The notes beneath the pieces were generated by a model. That model was not told the origin of the DNA. It saw nothing but the letters and a program-made list of their open reading frames with translations, and did no database searches. DNA of 64,000 nucleotides, from NCBI RefSeq assembly GCF_031769215.1, contig NW_026781941.1, positions 992,001-1,056,000 of the forward strand, read 5' to 3'. The stretch is from Ylistrum balloti. Lineage: Eukaryota. A program made the position numbers and the translations under genes. This document shows positions 49,621 through 61,701 of this stretch, piece by piece (the first letter of the stretch is position 1; each line of letters begins with the position of its first letter).

Positions 49621-50639
49621 GTTATTTACCCCAAGATGTTTTTGATGTAAACGCAACAAAAAGAGTTGCTTTGAAGTACAAGTTGTTTTGATATTACACA
49701 AAGCCCCGAAAAAACGAAGCTTACGTATAACTTTCTTAATCAGCGAGAAATCACTTCGAAATTTTATAGATGGGTTTAATTAAGTAAAAGTAACCATTAT
49801 ATAACTTTATTTCTTAACTATCGTATCCACAACGCCTGCGGGCGTCTGCGGGCGTCTGCGGGCTGGTTTAAGTAGGACCGCAATGCTCTACGTATAGATG
49901 TATAGAAGATAAACCTAACATTCCCAATGCTACATCAGACCTAGTACGAAGTGGGAAATTTTGTATTAATTTTGCACATAAATGGTGGACTGATTCTAAG
50001 AACACAACAAGCACGTACGAGAACATCGTACGATATTGCGATAAGCTAATGTACTGTATCAGAATCATAGATATCTGTTTCAACTTTCACTTTCCGTGAT
50101 GCGTGCGCATTCCGGATGGTAATCCGACAATCAGACTCCTCTGCGGCTGACAGTATGTGAGAGCGCAATCACACTCGAGAGACGATCTGGTGAGAATATT
50201 AATCATTGTTGTACATCCAGATTTTACTTAAAGTATTCATTATGATTTATTTTACGAACTAATTGAAGTAAAAAGTTAAATGCTGGAGGTAATTTCTATT
50301 TAAGAGCTGAACAAGATCAGTGCGTAAACTCTTTCGTTTATGATGTAGTAACGGACAAACTGGTCGAAGTAGCCCAGCTCGTTTTCGTTCCGGGGCGTTT
50401 TCAATGGCTAATCTGGCACTCTTTGAATGAGGAGTCCATGCGGAAGCAATATGGCGGCTCCGGTTAGAAAGTAAACAAATGAAGATGAAACGTCGTAGAA
50501 TTATATGCACTCAAGTCAAGGGTTTCAATAATATAGATTCCAACATTGTTTTATCATTGGGGCATTCGTTTCGGACCCCTTAAGAATCATATTTAACAGA
50601 AAAAACAAAAATATTCAAAGGAATTATGTATTGAATGTA

Positions 50640-51512
50640 CTGATTCTGGTGATCTTACGTTGGCAAATGTTAAACATGAAAAACTCCTAGGTGTGTGTAT
50701 TGATGATACCCTTACTTGGAACAAGCATGTCCAGGATGTCATTAAAAAGGTCAATTTCAAAATATATCAGTTATGCAGAACTAAAAAGTTCTTACCTGTT
50801 TCATCAAGAATCACCAATTTTAACTGTTTCATTCTACCTTACCTAGATTATTGTTCAAATATTTGGGGACATTGTTCTCAGACATATATTAAAAAACTAG
50901 ACAGATTACAGAAAAGTGTTCTGCATATAATTATGGATGCTGACTACTCTGTATCAGGGGATGAACTATTCACCAAACCTAAACACAAAACTGAAAAGTT
51001 TAAAAATTCCTTCCTATATACTGGACCAACTTTGTGGAATCAGCTTCCAGAAAATATCAGACAATGTGGAACCTTACCAACTTTTAAATTTCATTGTGAA
51101 AAATTCATTTCTAATTTACCAACCTAGATCCACATTTTTATGCCAGTCTTATTTTTGCCCTAAGATAATATGGTACTTTTATGAATGTTGCCAATTAATT
51201 GTTTTAATTATCAGTCCTTTATGCCTTACAAAACCTCGCTAATTTAGTCCTTTTATTATATTACTAGTCAGTCTATAACCGTTATTTATACCTCTTCACT
51301 ATGTGCCTTTATCATACATTTGTTTTATTGATGTACATCTCAGTCCTTAATGATTATGCTAGTTTACTGTGATATTTGTGATTTATATCATATGTGATGC
51401 TGTAATCTTAATGTTGTATATATTGTATATTTTACTGTCGACCACTTGTTAGAAGAGTCTTGTACTCAAAGTGTTATCGACTCTTAAATAGTCATGTATT
51501 ATTATTATTATA
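50640..51512 (+). mobile_element. CR1/L2-clade LINE 3' fragment
   Basis: EKLLGVCIDDTLTWNKHV...FILPYLDYCSNIWG (RT C-terminus), then a 3' UTR ending in a (TAT)n tail at ~51497-51512. Confidence 0.8.
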
Positions 51513-54500
51513 TTTGGCTAGCAAAGCTATGTCATTGAACTGCCACCAAACAAATGCATAAATGACTTGAAATGTGTTCATACTGTTAAGATTTTTTAAA
51601 AAAAACTGACTTGTGAAAGACTAGTATTTTACTAGAAAAAAAATTCCACAGATAAGATGTCAGATTCGCTCACCAGAAATGATCAATATGTGTAATGGAC
51701 ATGTGACTGCACTTTCGTTTCTGATGACATCACTAAATCACAGAAATATTTGAGTTAGCTTAGTGTAACCTAGAAGTATACATGCATTACATAAAATCCT
51801 TATTTTGATGAAAATAAAGATGGAAATTAATTTATGGTGCAAGAGTGATGGATATCTGTATTTATGTGTGCACTCTTTTTATAGCTTGATCCTTTTTTTC
51901 TCAAATGAGCCGTGTTTCTTGGTAAACTTCTTTTTTGATAAGACACACTTTTCAAATAAAGTTCATTTTTCATCTCTCAGTCAACAACTCACTACTTAAA
52001 TAAAATAAGAAATGAGTTGTCAAAAGTGATAATTTATAAATCATCATTTTTCAATACAAGATGTGCAAGTTTGGACTTCAATAACCAAAAATTACCAGAA
52101 GGTGTGGCCTTTTATTCATGGTCGATTTTTATTCACATGACCGATGACAACAAAAAACATCATCATCTGAGGATGAATAAATAGATTTTTTCCATCATCT
52201 TTAGGGGAAATGTAGATACATTATTATTGTCAAATTCTACAAAATTCCAATTGCATTTGTTTACTTTCCAACCCAAGCTGCCATCTTAGTTCATGCTGGA
52301 TCCCTCAGACAAAATGAGCCAGATTAACCACTAAAAATGGTTTTCTGTTGGTTAAATGGGAATGAAATTGGTTGAAATGGTGAGTCTAAACCTCCTTTGG
52401 CAAAAGGGCACGGCCCAATAAGGGAAATAGAGCTAATTCTTTGAAATCCTACTCCTTCTGTAGGAATGATAAGTTCTGCCTGTGTGGCAGTAATGATACA
52501 GCTGGTACCAATGAAAGGGAGATGCCATAACCCTATTTATTAATTTATTTAACAGGTTTTACATACACTATTATGACCTTTTGGTCTGGTGTCATCACAC
52601 CTGCTCTTTCTGTTAACATCCCAACATTTATATGTTTAAGATTTGTGATTGTAAGGTTAGTATTTGGAGAAGCTGGAAGTATTAGTATGAGTTACTAATA
52701 GGACCCTGCTGTGAGTCTTCAATGCCCCTATTGTTAAGGGTATAGTGACCCCTGCATGGATCCTTATTAATACATATGTGGTGTTGATGTATGAAATATT
52801 TATGTGGTTGTGCAGTACTGTGTCAAGTTAAGAGGATTGGAAGTGGAGCCTTACTGTGTCCCTTACTGAGGTGTGAGCTAGAGTCTCTGTGCTGTTACCC
52901 TTACCCATGTATTGTTGTATTTGTATACAATATGTTTTTTGTAGATTGCTAATTAAAGAGCACAGTTTTGACAGCAAGCATTCCTCTCAGAACCCTTGAG
53001 TGATACAACTGCCTTCAGTGTATGTGAAAACTATTTTAAACAGATGTAAATATGGGGATGGGGCATAGAGGAGGATCCCTCAAACTCTTGAGATATCAGT
53101 ATGCACCAGTTACTGAAAGGATCATTAGTAAATCAATCTCCTTGGGAATCCTTGTCGTCATTTGTGTGCTCATCCACATTTATAATCTTTAATTACCAAT
53201 GGAAGCAAGGTGAGCAGCTGATTTTGGGAATGGTTAGGGCACTTCAAATTACACCGAACGCTTAGGGCACTTCAAATTACACTGGAGCAATATGCGTACA
53301 GACTTTAATATAATTCTTTGATAAACATAAAATATCAAAAATTAGAAGATGGTTTACCATCTACTTACACAAGTATAAAAGTATCACAAACTACAATCAA
53401 ACCCTATTTAATATCAATTGAAAAAATATATCTTCTGAAATATTTATTAGACCGCAGACTGCATTACTGTTGTTATAGTGGCAGTTTCAGGATAACCACT
53501 GCCAACCAGGACTAAATAGCCTGGGACAGGTGTTTATCGAGCGATTCAGCAACACATCCACAACTTCCAATATGATATTGATTTAAGCATTTTCTAATTT
53601 TTGTTTTTCTTCTTCTAAAGCTTCTCGACTACAACCTCATGAATGTTACGAATATATAATGAGCTTGATATAAAATATGCAAGCTGTCTTCCAAATTTGT
53701 GCCTGTTAAAATTTAAGGGGAACATGCTCCATATTCAGAGATCAACAGGATGAGAAATTTGATTTTGTTACCAGATTTTTGCTCAATATATTCAGGCCAT
53801 CAATAACAGTCTGTCAATTGTGTAAATGTTTTGCATTTTAAATAAACTGAAGAATGCGTTTGTTAATAAACCCCATATTCAGAGATCAACAGGATGAGAA
53901 TTCAATGTCATTGAGGTATATTAGAATAATACTACAAAGAACAAAATGAATAATACTGCAACATAGCGTGTATTACATTTTTTAGCTAGTTTGAGAATTG
54001 TGTACAATGTTAATGTGTCCCTACTGCACTAAGTCAGCATATTTCTACCTTATATGATTTATGAAGTTGTTGTGACTGCCATAAATCTAAACTGTATGCA
54101 TATGAAGTGTAGCTGTAACAGTGAACAAATTTAAAAAGAAGTCAAGTTGTGATCAAATGTCCAGAACCCATATGCAAGGAATGATCATGCTCTGACATTA
54201 GCCACTGGTCATGCACGGTAATTACTCTATATATACCGAGGCTTACTCTGTATATTGAGATAACCCTCTCGACTAGAGTATTTCTGGACTATGATATCCC
54301 TCACACCACCAGACTCTTGACATCTGTGTGTACATTCCACTGTACAGAAAATACAGGGGTCATCCTGACACCGAAAAAGATCCCAGCTGCAATGTTTCAG
54401 ATATGAGGGTGGAAGACAGTATTCAAGACATCTGCAAGCTGCTGCAAATACAACATTTGTTAGAAGCAAAATAGAATAGACTAATGCAGGGATTACTGAT

Positions 54501-55193
54501 AAAACCACTATTCTTGGTAAATAAGCAACTACATCTGTGGAGTAGACAGGAAAGCAGTGGGCTGACTGAAAAGGGATAGGCTGTAGAAACATAATATGAC
54601 CTAAATGACACTGGGTTTCACACATCACCCATTTCTCTCTCTCCTAAAACACATCCACACCCATCTAATAAATGAAGGGTTGATGGGCATCTGCTCTTAA
54701 ACAATCATTTGTTTTTTTTTATAAATACTGAGTGGTTCATTTTAAAATCTAAATGTATGTTCTCTTGGGTCCCAATTTGTGCATTGTCTTATTTTGGTTC
54801 TGATCCCAAAAAGAGACTGCAAACAGGTACATGGTTATCTTTTGACAGTAATGGTTTGTTATTGCTGTTCCTGTAGAAATACTGGATGGGTCATTGTCAA
54901 ATTTGTGCATTGTCTGATTTCGGGACGGATCTGAAAAAAACAATATGGCTGACAGTTGGCAGTTTATTTTTTAACCGTCTTAATTCATTATTGTTATTTC
55001 TTGAGAAGTTCCTAAGATGTATCTTTCCAAAATCTACCATGTAGGTTCCCTTTCGTCCTTTGTTGTGCTGAATGGTAGTCATCTATGATTGAAGTAGAGA
55101 AGACCGTGATTAATTTTGCTTGAAAAGAGCATGGTTGATCTTTCTCAAATTTCATATGTAGGTTCCCTTAATCCCTTCTTGTATATAAATGCA

Positions 55194-56027
55194 TTGTTAT
55201 AGGTATACTGTACATAGATATATTGTTAGGGATACACTGTACATAGATATATTGTTAGGGATACACTGTACATAGATACATTGTTAGGGATACACTGTAC
55301 ATAGATATATTGTTAGGGATACACTGTACATAGATATATTGTTAGGGATACACTGTACATAGATATATTGTTAGGGATACACTGTACATAGATACATTGT
55401 TAGGGATACACTGTACATAGATACATTGTTAGGGATACACTGTACATAGATACATTGTTAGGGATACACTGTACATAGATACATTGTTAGGGATACACTG
55501 TACATAGATACATTGGTAGGGATACACTGTACATAGATACATTGTTAGGGATACACTGTATATAGATACACTGTACATAGATACATTGGTAGGGATACAC
55601 TGTATATAGATACATTGTTAGGGATACACTGTACATAGATACATTGTTAGGGATACACTGTATATAGATACATTGTTAGGGGTACACTGTACATAGATAC
55701 ATTGGTAGGGATACACTGTACATAGATACATTGTTAGGGATACACTGTACATAGATACATTGGTAGGGATACACTGTATATAGATACATTGTTAGGGATA
55801 CACTGTACATAGATACATTGTTAGGGATACACTGCACATAAATACATTGCTAGGGATACACTGTACATAGATACATTGTTAGGGATACACTGTATATAGA
55901 TACATTGTTAGGGGTACACTGTACATAGATACATTGTTAGGGGTACACTGTACATAGATATATTGTTAGGGATACACTGTATATAGATACATTGTTAGGG
56001 ATACACTGTATATAGATACATTGTTAT
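55194..56027. repeat. 29-bp minisatellite (GATACACTGTACATAGATACATTGTTAGG), about 29 copies
   Basis: Direct reading; period 29. Confidence 0.97.
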
Positions 56028-56394
56028 TGGTTCAGTTAATGACAACCCTCTTGTAGTGGATGCTGTTAATATTGTACTACAAAGTTCTGAGGATGATGGA
56101 GAGGAAAGGAGTGGTTATTATGATATACATGATTAATGATGTTGTATTGATTAACAGTGTTTTTTACCCTGCAACAAGTGGTATATTGAGGCAAGGGTAT
56201 AAAAAACAAGCCAAACCTTAATTGAAGTAACAGCATTGGTCCTACTCCCGGATCAATGATGTGGATATATCCTGTGTGTTATGTTTAAAATTTCCTTAGA
56301 CAGTGATGAAGACGAGGAAGGTGTACATTTATATTTTATACCAGTACAATCTATTTAGTTGTCAAGTTTTTCATAATAACCTTTTAATATACCC

Positions 56395-56822
56395 TTTTTT
56401 GCTCACCTTGTGCGAAGGACAACACTTTGATAAAAATTGCTTCTAATTATGCAGGACTGACAGATTTTAATCAAAATTGGTCAGAAGCATCCTTTGGGAC
56501 AGGGAAACAAGTTTGTACAAATACTGGTTCTCTGCCCCCAAGGGGTGGGAGGGATGGGCACAATAAGGGAAATAGAGTAAATTCTCATTTAGCCTGAAGC
56601 ATTCTTGAATAAAAGGGAATAAATCTTGTCACAACATTGTGTCTCTGCCCCCGAGGAGACAGAATGTGGCCCAATTAGTGAAATAGAGTAATTCATTAAA
56701 ATTCTACTCCTCCTCTAGGAATGATTGGATTTTATATGACCAAATTTGGTCTCAAGCATTCTTTTGGTGAAGAGTAATAAATTTTTCCAAGTGAGTGATA
56801 CAAGCGCTGTGGGCCTCTTGTT
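56395..56822 (+). mobile_element. Helentron/HINE-like non-autonomous element
   Basis: TTTTTT-GCTCACC start and GGGCCTCTTGTT end; the interior resembles the elements at ~52300-52460 and 63360-63836; family assignment from recall. Confidence 0.55.
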
Positions 56823-58049
56823 ATAATGTATGAACTTCATTTATAAGATATGTACATGTGTATGAATACCCTCTAATAGCCAACACTCGTAACTTTTGAA
56901 CAGGAAAGTGTATTACATATGGACAGGCCTCGGGGATATATATACATTTATTTTGTACATATTCAGATTGTCTTCAACTTATCCCTGACCTTTAAAACCT
57001 GTTTGTCTTGAGTGCCTGGTTAATATAATTGGAGGAGTAGGATCTTGCAACATTGAGAGAGAGCTTCCTAATGATATGGAGGTCAGTTAAACATATGCAG
57101 TCCTTGTAACATAACATTCTCAAGTCCTCCTACATATCATCAATGCCTATTAGTATCCTGGATACTATAAGTAAGGTAATCACACATACCTGTTTTCTCA
57201 GTAATTGCATTTTACCTACAAGTTCATATTGACCTGATAAGCACACATACCCATATAAGCACTAATTTGCCTAATACACACAACTGACTCAGACCCCAAA
57301 TTTAGATCTCTCTTGCCAAATAAACACATCTAAACCATCAAGCTTAATTTTTTTTCTTATAAGCACACCAACCTGTATATACACTATTTTATCTAATAAA
57401 CACAACTCTCAGTCTGAATGCCTGCATTTCCCTTTAGTGTTCTTGTAAGTATGCAGTGAGCTTATCAAGTCAAATACTGTATCTCTCGTCATATTGATCT
57501 GAAGAATAATATTTCAGTGATGATGACTATATATAAGTTGGTCCTGTAATTACTAGCATACATGGTACTTATTATCTTATCAGATTATGGAACTTGCTTC
57601 TATATATCACAGTGAGTAGTCTACAGCATCACTTTAATCTTCTCTTTTATGGAATTTTTTCATTGATGACTGAAGTTGGTCAGTGCTGCCTGGAGATCCA
57701 GTTATTTCCTGATAACGCTTATTAATAGTATGAAAAATTTGAGTCCTTACAGAGGGAAAATACTCCAGGTTTTGTTTGATACAAAGAATTAATTACTTCA
57801 GTGCTTTCAGTGGAATTGAACAAAAACCTCAGGCAACCTATCAAGATTACAAAAAATTTCTACAGCTTCGGTTGTGCTATAGATGTGTCACTTTAAAAAT
57901 CATAGACAAATGTATTTTGTGGGGGTCAGTTTTTGTGTTGTTTTTTTTTTTTTTAAATAGTGGTCCCCATATTGTAAGGAACGGGGCAGCTGATATATCA
58001 GTGTAGTTTATAACCCAGTGTAGTATGGTATAGTGAAGCCCATGGTCAA

Positions 58050-59280
58050 ATGAACCAATCGTTTTGCAATTCATCCTCATTCAATCATATAAACACATAA
58101 ATAACAAAAACTAGGTTTGGGGTGGGGCAGGGGTGGGGGGGGGGGGCGGGGTTCTCTTCACCGTTGCCATGGTAAAGTGAAGCATTACACTATTTTCTTA
58201 TTAACTTTTTTTTTATCAATTGTTTTGCAATTGATCACCATTAAATCATATAAACACATGAATAACAAAAAAATGTTTGGGTTGGGGAAATTTAGAGTGG
58301 GGCAGGAGAGGTTGAAGTGACACTTCATCATGGCCACAAAAATTACATTAACTTTTGGTCAGTAATGGATAATGGTATAGAATGCTAGCTAATAGGTTGG
58401 TTATTCATCAAGAGGCTATTATTACTGTTTCAGTATAATCTTTTTGTTGGTGTTAAGTAGAATAATAATTAAGGGATGTGTGATTTATACAGTATATAAA
58501 TGACACCTGTTTACAAAATACATGTGTAACAGACACTGTGTCTGGCTGAGAACATGTCAATCTAACACAAGTTGTTCCTTGGGTTTTACCTCTTGAAAAA
58601 GTTTAATAAAACAATGATCATGAAAATCTATTTCCTACATTGATGTGTTTAAAGTTTAAGTCACATTCATTATTAATTGATTATTAATTATGACTTCGCC
58701 CTAGTGAAAAGTTAGAAGAAATAAGTCTCTTTTGTTAAGTAGATAATATGCATTACTCTATGGCATATGTATTATACAATATGTATATAGTGAAAATAGA
58801 CAGATTTGATGTGAAGAAATGGAAGCAGATTGATGTAATTTAAAATATGTTGAAATAATGAAAATCACTTTTTTACAACCTAGATAGAGACAGACAGACA
58901 GAAAAGATGGAATAAAGATTTAATACCATACTTCATCTTGTCTTAATTAATCTGCCCCACCCTAAATTTCCCATTCCCAGACCTATTTTTTTTTTAAATA
59001 GGTGTTAATATGATTGAATCAGGGTGAATAGAAAAGGAATTGGTAAAAAATGTTAATTAGTAAGAAAATAGTGTAATGCTTCACTTTACCATGGCTACGG
59101 TGAAGTGAAACCCCCCTCCCACCTGCCTCACCCTAAATTTCCCCAACCATTGTTATTTTTCAGTTCTGTTATGTATCGAGGAACATATTTAAGTAACGTG
59201 ATAAAAAATTAAGTGAAAACAGCAATTGAAAACAAAATATAAAGTGGCTTCACTTTATCATGCTACACCGGAAAATATGG
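58050..59280. mobile_element. Foldback-like element with modular inverted repeats
   Basis: 45-bp inverted arms 58156-58200 / 59061-59105 (1 mismatch); extra internally repeated modules (GGGAAATTTAG(A/G)GTGGGGCAG) on both sides; ends approximate. Confidence 0.6.
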
Positions 59281-59800
59281 TACCCATGAAATGAGCTGAA
59301 ATTAAACCCCAAGAAAATTAAAGTTTCAACAGTACTTTGTTAAATATTGGCACCTGCTTATGTAGGGACCCAGGAGGAATTACGGAAATACTCAACCTTG
59401 CTTCACAAGCATTGCAGCTGGAAAACTAGAGGGCAAGTTCTCACTTGCAGAGGGAATCTTTACCTTGTAAACACAAGCATGGATTTAAGGTATCAAAATC
59501 TGTGATATAACAGCCTGTAGCCACAATTTTGATATATGTGTGTCCCACCCAGCTTTATACATCTTCTTTTTAAATCTACATTGCATGTCATTTTACATGG
59601 GTATAAACCTGAATAAATTTGAATTAAGTAGAATAATGTAATGTGTACAGGTAAAATATTGTTCTATTTTTTTATTTTACAGGTACACTGACAACGAATT
59701 CAATCCAACAAGCAGTCTTTTGTTTGGAATGGCAGCAAGCTCATAACCATTATATAGAAAAATCTATTTTTGAAAGGCACTGCATCAAAAACTAGTCATT

Positions 59801-61701
59801 ATGCGTTTTTCTCTGTCCTTCATGGTGGTTGTTATGGCAGGAGTTATAGTCCTAATTTTATTGATGTTACATACTGTAAATCAGAAGTCGTCTGGACCAC
59901 CTGTCATTGTCATCAATGATAATTCCAATAAAGACTTCAGCCTTCCGTTTGACCAAAGAAGAAAGCAAGTGGTTGGTGCACAAGCATTTCAGCCAAGAGG
60001 AATTGTACAGAGGCATAACGAATCATATGATTACAAAAAGGTTTTAGCAAAGCTAAATGGGGACGGCACTGCAATGGATGAACCACGTCTTATTGAAATC
60101 ATCCGAAATCATTTCATCGTCCCTCCTTCGAAAGAGCCATACAATCTCGAAATCCCTGACAGATTGGATTATTCTAATGGACAGACACCTTTCATTGACA
60201 GTCGTTTGAACTATATAGTATGTAACTTAACGAAAATCGAAACTTTTTGTCTGTTTCCTTTGCTTCTGTCGATCTCATACTTCAACTTTCAATTTTTATG
60301 TTTTTATATTTTTATGTTCTTTGCCCTTCTGGTCCGGAGGTTCAATGAATTTGTGCCATATGGTGCGGAATCCATTAATTTAAAAATCTTTTACATAAAT
60401 AGTGGGTTTGGGCACCCTGGTGGCACAGGGACAAGGCTTAGGATCCAATGGATGGAAGAGAGATAAATCTTGAATCTTTGGATACAGTGGGACTCCATTT
60501 TTTATTAGGAAATAAAATGCACTCTTGTTGTGTACTGGGTATATTTATGATCTAATTACTACCCAAAAATTTTCAATCTGTCCAAACTCGGAGCCTTTGA
60601 CCCCTCAGTTACAAAGTTATTGCCCCTTGTTGAAAATTTCTTGTCCAGAGCAAGCAAAACTTTGCCAACAGTTAAGCAAGGATTAGGAATTTTTTTTGTA
60701 TACATTGGTCATATTAAGATAGTGTTCTGTGAATCAAATTCAGGGCACTTGACACCTCAATTACAGAGTTACTGCCCTTTGTTGTAAATTTCTTGTCCAG
60801 AGCATACCTTTGCCAACAGTTAAGCAAGGATCAGGAAATTTTTTGTATACGTTGATCAAACAAAACATTGTGCAGTGTTGAAATTTAGTGTCTGGAGCTT
60901 TACTTTGCCTGCATTAAAACAAGGATATTGATATGTGATATATACATTGATTATTCAAAAGCAAAGTGCAGTATAGCAAAGTCAGTGTCCATGACCCCTC
61001 AGTACAGAATTATTGCCCTTTGTTAAAATTTTGTGTCATGAGCATATCTTTGCATTTGTTTAAACTAGAAGCATGCAAATTTATAAATACATTGGTCATA
61101 CTAAGAGAATGTGCTGCATACTAAATTCAGGCCCTGCGACCCTGTAAGTACCAAAGTAATGCCTTTTGGTAAAATTTTATGTTAATAAAGTTGTCTTGGT
61201 GGGGTTTTATCATTTTCACTAATACTCTTTTTTTCTTAAACCTTAAAATTAAATAAATGTTGTAAATGGGGTTTTTTTTTCTCTCCTATACTTTTTAAAG
61301 AAATAAAATACCAAAAAAATATTTTGTATATATTAAATGTATTTATGATCTAACTACTTTTATTCTTTATAATTATTTATGGCATATTCTCTGTCACGTA
61401 ATCAAAAAATAAAAAAGCAGAAAAAAATATGAATGGAAATGACACATTCAGCAATATAAAATTGAATATGTGATGCTGTACTTTGAATATTTTGATTCTT
61501 TCCTAGGAAGGAGGGTTCTATGTTGAATGTGGAGCTCTGAATGGAGAAAAAGGATCCAACAGTTTATTTTTTGAGAAAGTCCGAAAATGGAATGGATTAC
61601 TCATTGAAGCTGATCCTTCTAACTATGAAGTCTTGATGACCAAACACAGAAAAGCCTTCACCATGCACGCTTGTCTCAATCCTAAGCCATATCCTGCTGT
61701 G
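59801..61701 (+). CDS. Star-like type-II membrane protein with FkbM/Methyltransf_21 domain (5' part; gene continues past the window)
   Basis: Coding exons 59801-60217 and 61507-61701 (phase 0, GT-AG; UTR acceptor at 59682). N-terminal TM segment FMVVVMAGVIVLILLMLHTV, then EGGFYVECGALNGEKGSNSLFFEKVRKWNGLLIEADP...HRKAFTMHACL, typical of Star/FkbM-family proteins. Confidence 0.85.
60550..61235 (+). mobile_element. HINE-like element with ~150-bp internal tandem core repeats in the Star-like intron
   Basis: Repeated CCCTCAGT(T)ACA(A/G)AGTTA(T/C)TGCCC module at ~60602, 60754, 60996 and 61141. Confidence 0.5.

Noticed and set aside
52490-53010. Possible solo LTR (TG start, ATTAAA near the end)
   Set aside because: No TSD, PBS or PPT, and no second copy in the window.
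54227-54628. 133-aa Cys-rich minus-strand ORF
   Set aside because: No recognisable family, signal peptide or supporting exons; probably degraded TE sequence.
59729-59746. uORF MAASS* before the Star-like ATG
   Set aside because: Short uORFs are expected by chance; no evidence of function.
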